Part shown: positions 61,883-64,000 of the stretch, in pieces | Position numbering within the stretch: the first letter of the stretch is position 1 | Layout of the letters: each line of letters starts with the position of its first letter | From: Kineosporiaceae bacterium | GTDB lineage: Bacteria > Actinomycetota > Actinomycetes > Actinomycetales > Kineosporiaceae | Assembly: GCA_046330935.1 (NCBI GenBank) | Contig: JAXLRU010000005.1 | Span: forward strand, 120,096-184,095 | DNA length: 64,000 nt | Reading direction: 5' to 3' | Notes under the pieces: generated by a model | The model's input: only the letters and a program-made list of their open reading frames with translations | The model's database searches: none | What the model was told of the DNA's origin: nothing | Translations under genes and position numbers: made by a program

Positions 61883-62481
61883 CGGCGGGCCCCCTCACGG
61901 AGGTTCACGTCGCGGGTGAGAGAGGGCAGCCCCGCCGGGGCGGCCGAGTACAGGACGTCCACCACGGTGGTGTCGTTGACGAGGTCGAGGCGCTGGACGC
62001 TGGCCCGGTGCACGGTGCCGCCGAGCAGTTGCTCGAGCGTCGCCTGCAGGGTCTCGGGGGCGGCGACGGCCTGGTCGAGGATGACGACCTGGCGGCGGTA
62101 CCCCGCACCCCAGCGGGGGTGGTCGCCGATGTAGAGCACGAGCAGGAGCAGCGCCATGAGCGAGGCGGGTACCCAGGGCTGGGCGGCGCCGAGGGCCCCG
62201 ATGACGCCGAGGGCGAGGGCCGCGAAGTAGTAGGCGACCTCGTGGTGGTCGAGTTCGGTGGAGCGCAGCCGGATGATCGACAGCACGCCGAGGAGGCCGA
62301 GGCCGAGCCCGAAGCCGGCCGAGGAACTCACCGAGCTGAGCGACGTGGTGACCGCCAGGACGCCGCAGTTGACGCCGAGGAATGCGAGGACGAGATCGCG
62401 CCGACGATGGCGGGGAAGATAGATCCCGAAAACGAGGACGAGGACGGCCACGACGTCCAGGGCGAACAGGACCGCTTGCAC
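61879..62481 (-). CDS. DUF4956-like small polytopic membrane protein (first gene of the CotH/VTC operon)
   Basis: 200 aa with three to four TM helices, then a soluble C-terminal tail. RBS GGAGG before the GTG. Family assignment is from memory of the DUF4956-VTC-CotH gene triad. Confidence 0.45.
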   Translation of the reverse strand: MQAVLFALDVVAVLVLVFGIYLPRHRRRDLVLAFLGVNCGVLAVTTSLSSVSSSAGFGLGLGLLGVLSIIRLRSTELDHHEVAYYFAALALGVIGALGAAQPWVPASLMALLLLVLYIGDHPRWGAGYRRQVVILDQAVAAPETLQATLEQLLGGTVHRASVQRLDLVNDTTVVDVLYSAAPAGLPSLTRDVNLREGARR

Positions 62482-62851
62482 GGGACACCTCCGAGGGACT
62501 GCCTGGCCGTGGATGGAAGTTAACGCGGGGTGACGTCACTCTTAACGTTGGGCGGGCGGCAGTGAAACGGGGTGACGGAGCAGTGTCAAGGGGCACGTTG
62601 TCACCACTGAACCGATCTCAGAAACGCACATGCTTTTCGGGGGGTCGTTCGATCGGGGAGAGCTGCGGTGGCTTTCGGCTAATCGGTTCAGTGACAGGAA
62701 TTCACGTCGAACCGCTTCCGGGCGCCGCGATCCGGCGCGCGCGGGTTCCCGGGAAGCCGTGACGGGGCGCCGACGGACGGCGACGCGCGGTCGGCGACCA
62801 ATCGGCGTGGAGCGAAGACGGCAACCGCCTGTGCCCGCTAGGGTGCGCCCC

Positions 62852-64000
62852 GTGACCACCGATGTGACAGTTCCCACCCTGGCCGACGTCGTCCGGGTGC
62901 TGGAAGGGCTGTACGACCCCGCCTGGGCGCGCGACTGGGACGCCGTGGGCCTGGTCTGCGGCGACCCGTCCGCTCCCGTGCGCCGGGTCCTGCTGGCCGT
63001 GGACCCCTCGCCCGCCGTCGTCGAGGAGGCGCTCGCCCTGCAGGCGGGCCTCCTGCTCACCCACCACCCCCTGCTGCTGCGGCCCGTGCACGGGGTGGCG
63101 GCGACCACGTCCAAGGGCCGACGCGTGCACCAGCTGATCAAGGCGGGCTGCGCGCTCTACACGGCGCACACCAACGCCGACGTCGCCGCGCCCGGGGTGT
63201 CCGACGCCCTCGCGCGCGTGCTGGGACTGACCGACCTCGTGCCCCTGTCCGGGGACCCGAGCGACCCGGTCGACAAGATCGTCACCTTCGCGCCCGAGGT
63301 CGCCGCCGAGCAGATCGTCGACGCCCTCACGGCGGCGGGGGCGGGCGACATCGGTGCCTACCACCGGTGTGCTTTCGTCGGATCCGGGTCGGGCACGTTC
63401 GAACCCGGCCCTGAGGCCTCGCCCGTGCCGGGGGAGCGCGGCAAGCGCGAGACGCTGCCCGAGGTGCGCATCGAGATGGTCTTCCCGCGCCACCGCCGCA
63501 CCGAGCTGGTCGCCGCCCTCTACCAGGCGCACCCCTACGAGCAGCCCGCCTTCGACGTCTACCAGCTCGCCTCGTGGTCGGGGCCGCGCGGCACGGGCAG
63601 GGTGGGGCGCCTGTCCCAGCCCACCACCGTCCGCGACTTCGCCATGCTCGTGGCCGAGGCGCTGCCCAGCACCACGCAGGGGGTGCGGATCGCGGGCGAC
63701 CCGAACGCGACGGTCAGCCGCGTCGCCGTCTGCGGCGGGGCGGGGGACTCCCTGCTCGCGGCGGCCCGCGCGGCCGACGTCGACGTCTACGTCACCGCCG
63801 ACCTGCGCCACCACCCTGCGCTGGAGCTGCGCGAGGAGGCCGGCGACGGCGGCCCGCACCTCATCGACGTCGCCCACTGGGCCAGCGAGTGGCCGTGGCT
63901 GGCGGGGGTGTCCAACCGGCTCGCGGGCATCCTGGAGGACGCCGGGACGCCGGTGGAGGTGCACGTGTCCACGCGGTGCACCGACCCGTGGACCTTCCGC
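62852..64000 (+). CDS. Nif3-like dinuclear metal-centre protein (GTP cyclohydrolase I type 2 / YqfO family), 3' end outside window
   Basis: LYDPAWARDWDAVGLVCGDP and the HHP...H metal motifs. Reads open to the window end (383 codons, no stop). Confidence 0.8.
   Translation, partial: MTTDVTVPTLADVVRVLEGLYDPAWARDWDAVGLVCGDPSAPVRRVLLAVDPSPAVVEEALALQAGLLLTHHPLLLRPVHGVAATTSKGRRVHQLIKAGCALYTAHTNADVAAPGVSDALARVLGLTDLVPLSGDPSDPVDKIVTFAPEVAAEQIVDALTAAGAGDIGAYHRCAFVGSGSGTFEPGPEASPVPGERGKRETLPEVRIEMVFPRHRRTELVAALYQAHPYEQPAFDVYQLASWSGPRGTGRVGRLSQPTTVRDFAMLVAEALPSTTQGVRIAGDPNATVSRVAVCGGAGDSLLAAARAADVDVYVTADLRHHPALELREEAGDGGPHLIDVAHWASEWPWLAGVSNRLAGILEDAGTPVEVHVSTRCTDPWTFR

Noticed and set aside
62600-62625. 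CTGAGA / GAACCGATC elements resembling pieces of the TPP riboswitch.
   Set aside because: The order and spacing of the conserved TPP blocks (CUGAGA ... ACCC ... GAACCUGAUC ... GGGA) are not reproduced on either strand, so no riboswitch call is made.

Overview
This window is high-GC (about 72-74%) actinobacterial chromosome with codon bias typical of a Cellulomonas/Micrococcales-like cellulolytic organism. It is mostly a conserved housekeeping backbone with gene order like Mycobacterium tuberculosis Rv2373c..Rv2230c. That backbone runs dnaJ2-rsmE, HIT, phoH-ybeY-corC-era, leuA, recO-uppS, zur-znuBCA, glyS, dusB, dgt, dnaG, tRNA-Asn, malic enzyme, amt-glnK, tRNA-Met, then the FAS-II block mabR-like/fabD/fabH/acpM/kasA, PPK2, aceE, Rv2239c-like DUF3052, ahpE, tRNA-Val and a Nif3-like gene. 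Several accessory insertions interrupt it. Many adjacent genes are translationally coupled by ATGA/GTGA overlaps. I found no CRISPR array, transposase or integrase. Main items for the hunt: (1) A four-gene minus-strand operon DUF4956 membrane protein, VTC-type polyphosphate-polymerase domain protein, and two tandemly duplicated secreted CotH-kinase-family proteins. Each CotH carries an unusual polylysine/Thr linker and a C-terminal CBM2-like domain. This is an uncharacterised, possibly polyphosphate-linked, carbohydrate-surface-targeted kinase module. The same lysine-rich linker plus CBM2 is found on the GH9 cellulase 12 kb upstream. (2) An ABC-transporter/two-component module with a deletion scar. 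The ABC-2 permease is truncated after about 107 aa and runs directly into about 25 codons matching the extreme C-terminus of a sensor kinase, leaving an orphan LuxR response regulator next to a Phd/RelE toxin-antitoxin pair. (3) A roughly 4.7 kb accessory insertion between dgt and dnaG carrying a WYL regulator, a DinB_2 protein, a flotillin and a TipA-like MerR with a textbook autoregulatory promoter. (4) A Leu-codon leader peptide attenuator upstream of leuA. A Zur box overlaps the znuA start. A GlnR-box-like array precedes amt-glnK. Two unannotatable small genes sit next to tRNA-Met. A palindrome-rich, lower-GC divergent intergenic region lies upstream of the CotH/VTC operon.
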